A stretch of 64,000 nucleotides of DNA from Candidatus Liberibacter europaeus (GTDB lineage: Bacteria; Pseudomonadota; Alphaproteobacteria; Rhizobiales; Rhizobiaceae). The notes below the pieces were generated by a model that was not told the DNA's origin, did no database searches, and worked only from the letters and a program-made list of their open reading frames with translations. The stretch lies in the NCBI GenBank assembly GCA_003045065.1, contig PSQJ01000005.1, positions 2,980-66,979 on the forward strand, in the 5' to 3' direction. Both the position numbers and the translations under genes were made by a program. This document shows, piece by piece, positions 10,882-19,375 of this stretch (its first letter is position 1; each line of letters opens with the position of its first letter).

Positions 10882-12249
10882 ATGTTTTTTTTTGCGAGTT
10901 TCTTAAATTTTTTTCATAATCAAATATTGATTAAGCCTGCTTTTATGCTTGGAATTATTGTGATTTTAGGCAATATTATGCTCTCTAAAAGCGTTGCATC
11001 AATTATTTCTTCTGCCATTCAAACTATTGTCGGATTTCTACTTTTAAAAGTAGGAGCTAATATTATTGTAAGCAATTCTACAGCCATTATTGCCAAAATT
11101 TCACTAATTCATCAAATAGAGGGATCAATTGTTGATCCATACGTATCTATGCTCTCTTGCATTACTGCTTTGGGAGATAAATATAGCCTTGTGGGATATA
11201 CAGTTCTTATAGCATTTATACTAAACATAGTTATGGTTTTTATGCGTCAAATAACAGGAATACGCACGATTGTACTCAATGGAGAAGTGATGTTCCAACA
11301 AGCTGGTCTCACAGTTCTCTTCTTTAATTTGTCTTTACAAATGGATACATTGCAAACTGTTGCATATTCATCATGTCTGATTGCTTTATATTGGGGCATA
11401 ACATCTAATATGCTATATAAACCAACACAAGAAATCACGCAAAATGCCGGTTTTTCAATTGGACATCAACAGCAATTTGCGTCTTGGATTGCTTATAAAT
11501 TAGCTCCCTATTTTGGTAATAAATCAGAAAATATCAATAGTTTAAAATTACCTAAATGGCTAATTCTATTTGATAATTCTATTGTTGCTACTGGAATAAC
11601 CATGATATTATTCTGGGGCACTGCTCTTTTATCCTTGGGAACTGATGTAATTCAAGAAATGGCAGGGAAAACACATTGGTCACTCTATATTATAGAAGTA
11701 GGTATGCTTTTTGCTGTTGGTATTGCTATTATTATGCAAGGAGTAGAAATGTTCGTTAAGGAACTATCCGTGGCATTTCGTGGAATTTCTAAATCTCTTA
11801 TTCCAGGTGCAGTGCTTGCCATTGATTGTTCTGCGATTTATGGATTTGCACCAAATGCTTTAATATGGGGCTTTATCTGGGGATCAATTGGACAAATATC
11901 AACAGTTCTTATAATGTTGCTATTAAAATATCCATTATTAGTAATTCCCGGATTTATTCCAATGTTTTTTTCAAATGCAACTATAGGAATTTTTGCCAAT
12001 CATTACGGTGGATGGCGTGCTGCAGCAAAAATTTGTTTTGTAATGGGAATAATTGAAATTATCGGAAGCGTTTGGGCTATAAAACTTGTACAAATAAATA
12101 GCTGGATGGGAATGGCAGATTGGTCTCTTGTAGCTCCATTTATTATGCAAGGATTTAAATTCAACCGCCTTTTTATTGTTCCAGTACTTCTAGCTGCCGC
12201 TATTTATATGTTATACGCTAGTAAAAAACTAAAAATAGAAGAAAACTAA
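10882..12249 (+). CDS. PTS ascorbate-family transporter, EIIC component (SgaT/UlaA)
   Basis: 455 aa polytopic membrane protein with an N-terminus and overall pattern typical of the UlaA/SgaT family. No EIIA or EIIB gene is adjacent. Confidence 0.8.
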   Translation: MFFFASFLNFFHNQILIKPAFMLGIIVILGNIMLSKSVASIISSAIQTIVGFLLLKVGANIIVSNSTAIIAKISLIHQIEGSIVDPYVSMLSCITALGDKYSLVGYTVLIAFILNIVMVFMRQITGIRTIVLNGEVMFQQAGLTVLFFNLSLQMDTLQTVAYSSCLIALYWGITSNMLYKPTQEITQNAGFSIGHQQQFASWIAYKLAPYFGNKSENINSLKLPKWLILFDNSIVATGITMILFWGTALLSLGTDVIQEMAGKTHWSLYIIEVGMLFAVGIAIIMQGVEMFVKELSVAFRGISKSLIPGAVLAIDCSAIYGFAPNALIWGFIWGSIGQISTVLIMLLLKYPLLVIPGFIPMFFSNATIGIFANHYGGWRAAAKICFVMGIIEIIGSVWAIKLVQINSWMGMADWSLVAPFIMQGFKFNRLFIVPVLLAAAIYMLYASKKLKIEEN

Positions 12250-12566
12250 CCTAAAAGCGAATTAATATATAAAATCAAGCGCTTAAATTATCCCAACCTA
12301 AAAATCTCGATTCATTGATTCTACAGCATTTTTTAATACGCTAACACGTACTTTTTAGGTGTAATTTGTCTTCTTAGGACTATCTTATTGGCATACTAAA
12401 AAAGCCTAAAATGCAAACAGCCTAAAATGCAAACAATGATTTCTTGCTCTTAATTTCAGTTAAGCTTGATAGCTGACTCTCATATGCCATACCTGTTTTA
12501 CAACTACCAAAGCATTAAAGGATAAAGGATTACCCAAAAGACTTATATCAAAGGGGTATTAAAGAG

Positions 12567-13214
12567 TTGAAAAACCGTCTATTCAACGATTTTTATTTGG
12601 GTATTGCCTTGAATTTCAACTTGCTCAATCTTCATCCGCACATATTCACTGAACGTTTGATGCAAGATGATGATCATAAACCCAACCAAGTCCAAGATAG
12701 AAGGAATAACTCTAAGCGCCCTCACCTACTCCCTGTGAAGAACGATATTATGGCCCTTACTATCGGTGAATATATTGACAATTTGCTTTCTTATGATCTT
12801 TAGTTTTTTTATGGGAATACTTCTTATAAATATATTCTTTAATAATTGCTAATGCGTAGTATTTCTATTTATGATTGAAGTTTTCGTTTGTTGTGCAAAG
12901 GTTTTGGTGATAAGGTCGTTTTATTTTTAAAGCGTCTTCGCAAAAACACAGGTAAAAAGTTTCGTTATTTTCTTGTATTTGAAAAACATAAAAGCGGTAA
13001 CCCACACGCTCATGTGTTGATACATCAGGATTCAGGTTTTGATTTGTTAAAGAAATCTGAGATACAGGATGAGTGGGATAGATATGGTTTTTCTTATGTT
13101 CGTCTTTTAAAAGAGGATTTAAATACTGCACGGTATGTGTGCAAATACCTTCTTAAAGAAGGTTCGAAAGGCATTATAATTAGAGCGTCCTTTCGTTATG
13201 GGTCGTTAAAATGA
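12567..13214 (+). pseudogene. HUH rolling-circle replication initiator, phiX174 gpA/Microviridae type, interrupted by in-frame stops
   Basis: A single frame carries a motif I-like IMALTIGEY, then FLKRLRK, the HUH motif HAHVLIH and the double-Tyr motif YVCKYLLK (compare phiX gpA YVAKY). In-frame stops fall at 12801 (TAG), 12840-12845 (TAATAA) and 12876 (TGA). Confidence 0.6.
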
Positions 13215-13219
13215 CCCAT

Positions 13220-13287
13220 CCACGGGGCAACCGTGGCTTGCAATTATTTTAATATAATTGCGATTTCCGTACACGTGAGTGTCGGAA
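13220..13287. promoter_or_regulatory. Three consecutive stem-loops immediately after the Rep stop (candidate RCR origin)
   Basis: The hairpins are CCACGG-ggcaa-CCGTGG (13220-13236), CAATTAT-tttaat-ATAATTG (13241-13260) and TTCCG-t-ACAC-gtga-GTGT-CGGAA (13265-13287). Confidence 0.4.
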
Positions 13288-13420
13288 CATTCATTGACTT
13301 ATACTAAACTTGATTACCACGTTAGAGGTGTATTTTTTTTAGTTTCTACCTCAAGGTTTTCAAGTTATTGCGAAGCGATATATTATTAGCACACATACCT
13401 ATTAATATTGGAGTTATCGG

Positions 13421-13672
13421 ATGAAGTCTTTTGTTAGATATTGTTTTAGAATTATTGTAAATTTTTCTATTTTTATCTTTTATTTTTTAATGTATGCTTT
13501 TGTTAGATGGTTTGTTCCTTTTGTCTTTTTTTATTCTCTATTAGAATCTTTGTATTCTTATATTTTTGGTGTTTATTCTTCTAATATTGGTAATTTTACT
13601 TTCTTCTTTATTTTTCTTCTTTATCGATTTGTATTTTTTATTTGTCTTAGGATTTTTAGTAAGGTGTTATAA
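13421..13672 (+). CDS. Hypothetical small, very hydrophobic (F/Y-rich) protein
   Basis: 83 aa, with GGAG about 8 nt upstream of the ATG. Its stop lies 2 nt before the next ATG. Composition is low-complexity and T-rich, so coding is uncertain. Confidence 0.3.
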   Translation: MKSFVRYCFRIIVNFSIFIFYFLMYAFVRWFVPFVFFYSLLESLYSYIFGVYSSNIGNFTFFFIFLLYRFVFFICLRIFSKVL

Positions 13673-13674
13673 TT

Positions 13675-14037
13675 ATGTCTTTTGCAATCCCATTAAGATA
13701 TTCTAGGTCCTTGTTTCCTCATTCAATAAAAGGCTTGGCTAGTGATTTTCCTTATGAAATTATTTTAGCTTGTTATTTGGTTTCTGTTGCCTTTACAGCT
13801 GTAGGTTTAAAGGCTGATGAGGGTATGATTTATGCTATTTTAACAAATCCTAGTACTGTTAGATATTTTTTAAACATTATGTCTTATGAGGAGCTTTATG
13901 GTTATGAGCGCTATGTACGTTCTCATAGGGGGCATGGTCTTATTGGTAATACTATAAAAGATATTTTGGCTTATTTGGACAAATTACAGAAATCTTCAGT
14001 TATTTCACATTCTACTATTGTTTCTTCTGTTGGATAA
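13675..14037 (+). CDS. Hypothetical protein
   Basis: 120 aa ORF abutting the previous ORF. No recognisable motifs. Confidence 0.35.
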   Translation: MSFAIPLRYSRSLFPHSIKGLASDFPYEIILACYLVSVAFTAVGLKADEGMIYAILTNPSTVRYFLNIMSYEELYGYERYVRSHRGHGLIGNTIKDILAYLDKLQKSSVISHSTIVSSVG

Positions 14038-14397
14038 TAAGCACTATTTTTAGATATTTTCTTAAAAATATTATCAAAATCAAAATTAGCTATAAACCAA
14101 TCGGTGAGCGATGCTTTTTAAGAAAACTAATATGAATAATTTATTATGTTTTTTGTAATGAAAACCATTTTATTTAAAAATATTTTTTGATATACGTGAC
14201 TTGTAATTCCATTTAAACAAACAAAAACCAATCAATAAAAAATAGTGAATATCTATCAGCAACAAGGATTTAATTTTAACGATAATTATCAAACTTTAAA
14301 CTATTTAATAATTTAAATTAATTAAAATAAAAGATTAAAGACTGCTATTTCGCTGTTTAATTATAGCCGACATCTAAAATTGAAAGAAGAAAACAAA

Positions 14398-15789
14398 ATG
14401 ACTGATACCCGCACTGAAAAAGATAGCTTTGGACCCATTGAGGTAGAAAAAAGTCGTTATTGGGGAGCTCAGGCACAAAGATCTTTGGAAAATTTTAGGA
14501 TTGGAGAAGAAAAACAGCCTATTGCCATAATACGAGCTCTTGGCATTATAAAACAAGCAGCAGCACGTGTTAATATGGAGTTAGGAAAACTGGACCCAAA
14601 AATTGGACAGGCAATTATCAAAGCATCAGAAGAAGTTATAAGCGGTAAATTAGATGATCACTTTCCTTTAGTTGTCTGGCAAACAGGTTCTGGAACACAA
14701 TCAAACATGAATGTCAACGAAGTAATATCGAATCGTGCGATAGAGATATTAGGAGGAATCATTGGTTCAAAAGATCCTGTTCATCCTAATGACCATGTAA
14801 ATCTATGCCAGTCATCAAATGATACTTATCCAACAGCAATAAATATCGCCTGTGTAGAAAGAATAACTTATCGTTTGTTACCAACTCTTCGCAATTTGCA
14901 TACAGCCCTTACAAAAAAAGCCGTTGACTTCCAAGATATTATCAAGATAGGAAGAACTCATACTCAAGATGCCACCCCTTTAACTTTAGGACAAGAATTC
15001 TCAGGATATGCTACACAAATAAAACAATCTATTGAACGCATCAAAGTCACTTTGAACGGTCTTTATGAACTTGCACAAGGAGGAACGGCTGTAGGTACTG
15101 GTCTTAATGCTCCTGTTGGTTTTGCAGAAAAAATTGCTCAAAATATAAAAGAAATTACCGGATTACCATTTATCACAGCTCCAAATAAATTTGAATCTCT
15201 AGCCGCTCATGATGCTATCACTTTTTGCCATGGAGCAATAAATACAACTGCTACTTCTCTATTTAAAATAGCTAATGACATTCGTTTCTTAGGCTCTGGG
15301 CCGCGTTCCGGACTAGGAGAACTATCTTTGCCTGAAAATGAACCAGGATCCTCCATCATGCCAGGAAAAGTTAATCCAACCCAGTGTGAGGCAATAACTC
15401 AAGTTTGTGCACATGTTTTTGGAAATCACGCAGCCATAACTTTTGCCAACAGTCAAGGTCATTTTGAGCTCAATGTTTATAAGCCGATGATTGCTTATAA
15501 CATTCTTCAATCAGTACAACTTTTAAGTGATTCTATTGATTCGTTTACTAATAATTGCATAGTTGGCATTAAAGCACGCACAGAAAATATCACAATTTCT
15601 TTAAATCGATCATTAATGCTTGTCACTGCCCTGACATCTAAAATAGGTTATGATAAAGCATCCATGATAGCCAAGAAAGCTCATCTTAACGGAACGACAC
15701 TAAAAGAAGAAGCTGTAGCTAGTGGATTGATCTCTTCTGATGAATATGACATAATTGTTAGACCTGAGAAGATGATCTATCCTCATTAA
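14398..15789 (+). CDS. fumC: Fumarate hydratase class II
   Basis: Motifs [22 protein letters not shown], the signature [15 protein letters not shown] and THTQDATP. The ORF track start at 14380 is TTG, and the ATG at 14398 is preferred. Confidence 0.94.
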   Translation: MTDTRTEKDSFGPIEVEKSRYWGAQAQRSLENFRIGEEKQPIAIIRALGIIKQAAARVNMELGKLDPKIGQAIIKASEEVISGKLDDHFPLVVWQTGSGTQSNMNVNEVISNRAIEILGGIIGSKDPVHPNDHVNLCQSSNDTYPTAINIACVERITYRLLPTLRNLHTALTKKAVDFQDIIKIGRTHTQDATPLTLGQEFSGYATQIKQSIERIKVTLNGLYELAQGGTAVGTGLNAPVGFAEKIAQNIKEITGLPFITAPNKFESLAAHDAITFCHGAINTTATSLFKIANDIRFLGSGPRSGLGELSLPENEPGSSIMPGKVNPTQCEAITQVCAHVFGNHAAITFANSQGHFELNVYKPMIAYNILQSVQLLSDSIDSFTNNCIVGIKARTENITISLNRSLMLVTALTSKIGYDKASMIAKKAHLNGTTLKEEAVASGLISSDEYDIIVRPEKMIYPH

Positions 15790-16157
15790 AAATCATATCT
15801 AAAACATAGTACAATAAATCTATAATATCCATTTTAAATGATTTTGCGCCTTGTTCATTATTATATGATCAATGATCTTTTTCAAAAAAGTCGTTTATCA
15901 ATCTCAAAAATCAATAAAAATTAGACATCTTTATTTTGGCATCTGACATACATTTTAATAAATAAACGTATTATTTCTTAATTTATTATTATTATTTACA
16001 TACGTTATAAAATATATAAAGAATTAGTGTTGATACTATATTAATTTTAATGCTACGTTATAGATTGAATTTTTAAATAAAAAATTAACGATATCTACGA
16101 CATTCAATATAGTTTATGTCGTGCTAAAAAAATTATAACAAGAAAGTGTTATCAAAA

Positions 16158-16325
16158 ATGTTTAATAAGACAAAAATAAAATTATTTTTCGCACTCCTCG
16201 CAACTTCTGTATTGAGCGGTTGCATTATTGATACGGATGATCCCCTAGCGAATGAACATATAAATGTCGAAAATAATCCTAATAATGGCAATAATTCCCC
16301 AGCCGAAGCAGCGGATGTTTCCTGA
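16158..16325 (+). CDS. Small lipoprotein (below the ORF-track size cut-off)
   Basis: MFNKTKIKLFFALLATSVLSGC is a signal peptide plus lipobox. It is 55 aa long and ends at a TGA that is in frame with 38 further codons running to 16442. Confidence 0.45.
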   Translation: MFNKTKIKLFFALLATSVLSGCIIDTDDPLANEHINVENNPNNGNNSPAEAADVS

Positions 16326-16467
16326 ATGGGGAAAAATACAAATGGCGAAAATAATCCTATAGATCTTTTGCTAGATGTAGCAGTAGATCGAAAAATCAAT
16401 AGTGGATTATATAAATATAATAGACAAAACATAACCCATTGATTTTACACGTTTTTTTAACAAGATT

Positions 16468-16500
16468 CTCACACCTTTTTAATAGGGTGTGAGGTTTGTT
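16468..16500 (+). terminator. Rho-independent terminator-like hairpin
   Basis: CTCACACC-tttttaatag-GGTGTGAG followed by GTTTGTTG. Confidence 0.4.
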
Positions 16501-16504
16501 GCTA

Positions 16505-16618
16505 TTAAGTTTTCAACAACAATTCCGCCTCTATTTCTTGTCTAACAACAAGACCTTTACAGGCTTTTAATCTTAATCCCTCAAAAGGTTTAATCGAATT
16601 AATTAGCAATGATAGGAT
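16505..16618 (-). pseudogene. Endolysin (GH24 lysozyme) stub: N-terminus fused in frame to C-terminus, core deleted
   Basis: ILSLLINSIKPFEGLRLKA / CKGLVVRQEIEAELLLKT*. It matches the ends of the longer lysozyme pseudogene at 50946-51512. Confidence 0.55.
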
Positions 16619-16673
16619 CTTAACCCTAACTGACTCTATTTTTAGTTAATTAACAATTAAATGTAATTTAGAG

Positions 16674-16704
16674 TTGACTAAAATAAGCAAAATGTGCCTT
16701 TAAT
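16674..16704 (+). promoter_or_regulatory. Candidate promoter of the lipoprotein gene (TTGACT ... TTTAAT), conserved at 51.57 kb
   Basis: -35 TTGACT at 16674-16679, with a -10-like TTTAAT after a long 19-nt spacer. The whole leader of about 100 bp is duplicated upstream of the paralog at 51632. Confidence 0.3.
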
Positions 16705-16748
16705 ACACTTATTAATTGTTTATTAAAACTAAGAGAGTGGGTACTTAT

Positions 16749-16946
16749 ATGGATATCAAAAAAATAGTGTTAGTTTCTTTATTATCATCAACTGCTATTA
16801 TGATGAGTGGATGTGATTTATCTGGTTCTAAAGCAGTTGATACAATACCAAGTGATAAACAAAACAATCCTAAAAATAATGATGATTACGGTGATGAGAA
16901 CCAGCACCCTGGTAATAAAGGAGGATTAGGCGATGACGAAAAGTAA
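16749..16946 (+). CDS. Small acidic lipoprotein (prophage-end moron)
   Basis: MDIKKIVLVSLLSSTAIMMSGC lipobox, with the ATG at 16749 preferred over the TTG at 16716. Paralog of the gene at 51632. Confidence 0.6.
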   Translation: MDIKKIVLVSLLSSTAIMMSGCDLSGSKAVDTIPSDKQNNPKNNDDYGDENQHPGNKGGLGDDEK

Positions 16947-17451
16947 AAATAACGAAGATAAATCCAATTGATTCAACCCCGCCTCTCTTCTGAACAATTT
17001 TATCAGTGTACCAAAATCCAAGGATACAAGCGATAATCTCTTGTTCAAAATGGGTTAAGATTGAAAGAGGGCTTCTGTCAAAGATGCCCTCTTTCACACT
17101 CCACCATACCAATAACGGATAAACAATAATCCAAAAAAGCGTTGTTAATGGTCTAATCAAAGCGTTGAAACCATCAATCCACTTAACTCCACTTTTGACA
17201 TTTTGTGATTTAATGCGAGCTAGTCTTATTGGTTTATCTGCTTTTAACTCTTCAATACCATATTTGATATCAGCCAAATCAAGTTGAGTAATACTATCAA
17301 TTTTGATTTGTTCAAGTTTCATTCTATCATGTTCAATAGAGCGTTTTTGCATAAGATGCTCGGATACAACATCAACTATTTTCTCAAAACTTGATGGGAC
17401 AAAACGTAGTAAAAACCTGAATATACCCCCTGCTAAAAACGATGTAATCAA
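16870..17451 (-). CDS. Putative holin-like membrane protein (resembles the 3-TM GTA/prophage holin family)
   Basis: 193 aa with an N-terminal coiled region followed by hydrophobic helices (IRPLTTLFWIIVYPLLVWW; IIACILGFWY). It sits at the distal end of the late operon. Family assignment is tentative. Confidence 0.5.
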   Translation of the reverse strand: MITSFLAGGIFRFLLRFVPSSFEKIVDVVSEHLMQKRSIEHDRMKLEQIKIDSITQLDLADIKYGIEELKADKPIRLARIKSQNVKSGVKWIDGFNALIRPLTTLFWIIVYPLLVWWSVKEGIFDRSPLSILTHFEQEIIACILGFWYTDKIVQKRGGVESIGFIFVIFTFRHRLILLYYQGAGSHHRNHHYF

Positions 17452-17717
17452 TGTTTAAACCATCCTTTCACATTCAATATCCCATAGATAATTGCGGTAA
17501 TAGAAGTGACTATGATAGCTACGTTCTTCAACGTCGAAAAAAGCCATTTTATGCTTTTTAAGGTATCAAGAATTTCGTTAACACCTTTTTGTTGTTCTCT
17601 GTAATGTTTTTCAAAAACCTTGCAATGAGATATAAGACAATCCTGTTTAGCATTTGATTTAGTACAGAACTCAACAAACTCTTCTCTTGTAATATATTGG
17701 TCTTGTTTCTTAGCCAT
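17448..17717 (-). CDS. Small C-terminally membrane-anchored protein (lysis-cassette position)
   Basis: 89 aa with a single C-terminal TM (VAIIVTSITAIIYGIL). It overlaps the next gene by 4 nt. Confidence 0.45.
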   Translation of the reverse strand: MAKKQDQYITREEFVEFCTKSNAKQDCLISHCKVFEKHYREQQKGVNEILDTLKSIKWLFSTLKNVAIIVTSITAIIYGILNVKGWFKH

Positions 17718-17732
17718 TATTTGAACTTCCCT

Positions 17733-19355
17733 TTAAGCGCTTCTAGCTTCTAGCTCCTTGATCCTTTGTTCCATAGCTTTCAGATCCTGCGGCAGATCTT
17801 TTACTATAGCCAAAAGCTTAGAAGCAAATGTTCTATTGGATTTATCAGCATTTTCTAATTGGCTAATTTTGGTTTTATCGGCTGTAAGTTCCGTTTCTAA
17901 TTGGCTAATTTTGGTTTTATCGGCTGTAAGTTCCGTTTCTAATTGGCTAATTTTGGTTTGCAATGCATCTATTGTATTAATCTTATTTTGCATTGTTTTA
18001 AGATCAATGAGATTATCTGCTAAAGTAGATGATCCAACTGTTTTAAAGACGATATCTGTAGGCTCAATAACCTCTTGTAGCCAATACCATCTGGTGTAAT
18101 GGCTATTAGTACTGCCTACAACTTTCCAATTTTTACGTTTATCCTCATCGCTAGGATTGTAATCGCTAGTAGAACTATAAGTTAAATATCCACTGCTATT
18201 TTCCGATGGATAACACCATACGCTTATTCTACTTCCCGATATTATTTCATTTTTACTTGGTCCAATTCCCTCCAATATAGCGCATCGTGCCATAGTACGA
18301 TCTCTAAGCAAACCTAGGAAATGGGGAGTTAGCCGTTTAGCCATTTCATCAAAGATACTTGGACTACTACCATCAACGAACGTTTCACTATTGATATCGA
18401 TACCGCCATTAGGACGAAAAACTAAATAAGATGCGAAGCCTCCTTTATCGTTAACCCGTCCCATAACCAGATTATCATATGTATTGTACCAAATCTGAGC
18501 TACGAGCTGTCCAGCTTTGTTTTTCATATGTATAGTAGGTCTACCGCAACTATCTTCCTCTTGTAACGTAAGACGTGATGCATTTAACTGCTTTTGTATG
18601 GTTTGCAGATACTTCTGTGTTTGAGGATCTAATCCCTCAATCTTCGATAAATCTATTTGTTCTATTTTCTTACAGACTTCTTCGGTTTTACCAGATAAAT
18701 TATCTACTTTTTGCTCTATTGTATTAGTTGCTTGGGCTAATGAATCTACTTGTTTAGCTTTTTGATGTACTGCTTCTATTCGTTTAGCTGTATCACTAGC
18801 GTCTTTTGCTATTTGGTCAGTTTGCTTCTTTAATAATTCTACATGTTCAGCTTTCTTCCGTACCTCTTCTAACTCCGTTGCTATATCATCTATTTTATCT
18901 ACTTTTTTAACGGCAGTTTCGACCTCTTCTAAACGTGATTTTACTGGGTGCAAATCTGCTTCTCTCACAAGATGATACGGAGCTTTGGCTATACTACTTG
19001 ATGATGCTTCGTTGCCCTGACGTGTGTTAGGAGGTACAAGTGTTGAAACCGATATGTAAACTTCCGTACCCTCTGGCAAAAGATCACGAAATGTTATAGA
19101 TCCACCGGGTATCATCCACAGAATATTAAGATCATATATATATTTTTGTGAATCAACAATCTTGTCTTCATCATCTTCTAACGCATCTATAAGATGCAAT
19201 CTATTAAGACCTTGTACCGTTTTTCCGTCTGGAAAAGTCAGATGAACCTTAACACTCTCTCCCAAAGAGTTATCCAAACTTATTACGGCATAATCATAAA
19301 ACCAAAAAGTATTGGTATCTTTTCCAGATATGTATTTAAGAAGTAATCTTTTCAT
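17733..19355 (-). CDS. Tail fibre-like protein with coiled-coil segments
   Basis: 540 aa, the last large late gene before the lysis genes (T7 gp17 position). It has long heptad-like stretches and a C-terminal repeat. The call rests on position and size only. Confidence 0.55.
   Translation of the reverse strand: MKRLLLKYISGKDTNTFWFYDYAVISLDNSLGESVKVHLTFPDGKTVQGLNRLHLIDALEDDEDKIVDSQKYIYDLNILWMIPGGSITFRDLLPEGTEVYISVSTLVPPNTRQGNEASSSSIAKAPYHLVREADLHPVKSRLEEVETAVKKVDKIDDIATELEEVRKKAEHVELLKKQTDQIAKDASDTAKRIEAVHQKAKQVDSLAQATNTIEQKVDNLSGKTEEVCKKIEQIDLSKIEGLDPQTQKYLQTIQKQLNASRLTLQEEDSCGRPTIHMKNKAGQLVAQIWYNTYDNLVMGRVNDKGGFASYLVFRPNGGIDINSETFVDGSSPSIFDEMAKRLTPHFLGLLRDRTMARCAILEGIGPSKNEIISGSRISVWCYPSENSSGYLTYSSTSDYNPSDEDKRKNWKVVGSTNSHYTRWYWLQEVIEPTDIVFKTVGSSTLADNLIDLKTMQNKINTIDALQTKISQLETELTADKTKISQLETELTADKTKISQLENADKSNRTFASKLLAIVKDLPQDLKAMEQRIKELEARSA
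17853..17960 (-). repeat. About 2.5 x 42-bp in-frame tandem repeat (TKISQLETELTADK) in the tail-fibre C-terminus
   Basis: Period 42 bp read directly; the copies are near identical. Confidence 0.9.
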
Positions 19356-19375
19356 TGTTCTTCCTTACAATAGTA

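Larger units (their letters stand above)
12560..14040 (+). mobile_element. Remnant of a small rolling-circle (ssDNA phage/plasmid-like) element
   Basis: Rep pseudogene, a cluster of three hairpins and two tightly packed small ORFs, inserted between sgaT and fumC. Confidence 0.5.

Noticed and set aside
12404-12435. Direct repeat gcctaaaatgcaaaca x2 as an att site of the RCR element
   Set aside because: It is a tandem duplication, not a flanking one. No matching copy was seen near 14.04-14.37 kb.
17758-18099. 113-aa plus-strand ORF inside the tail-fibre gene
   Set aside because: It is a shadow ORF antisense to a well-supported 540-aa gene and mirrors the tandem repeat. The same reasoning applies to 20686-20871, 21905-22087, 22501-22778, 23251-23454, 23932-24126, 24653-25054, 26743-26946, 28037-28234, 28285-28566, 28789-29088, 29008-29887 (several ORFs), 30174-30419, 30959-31195, 31857-32105, 32513-32710, 32841-33059, 33212-33580 and 35767-35988.
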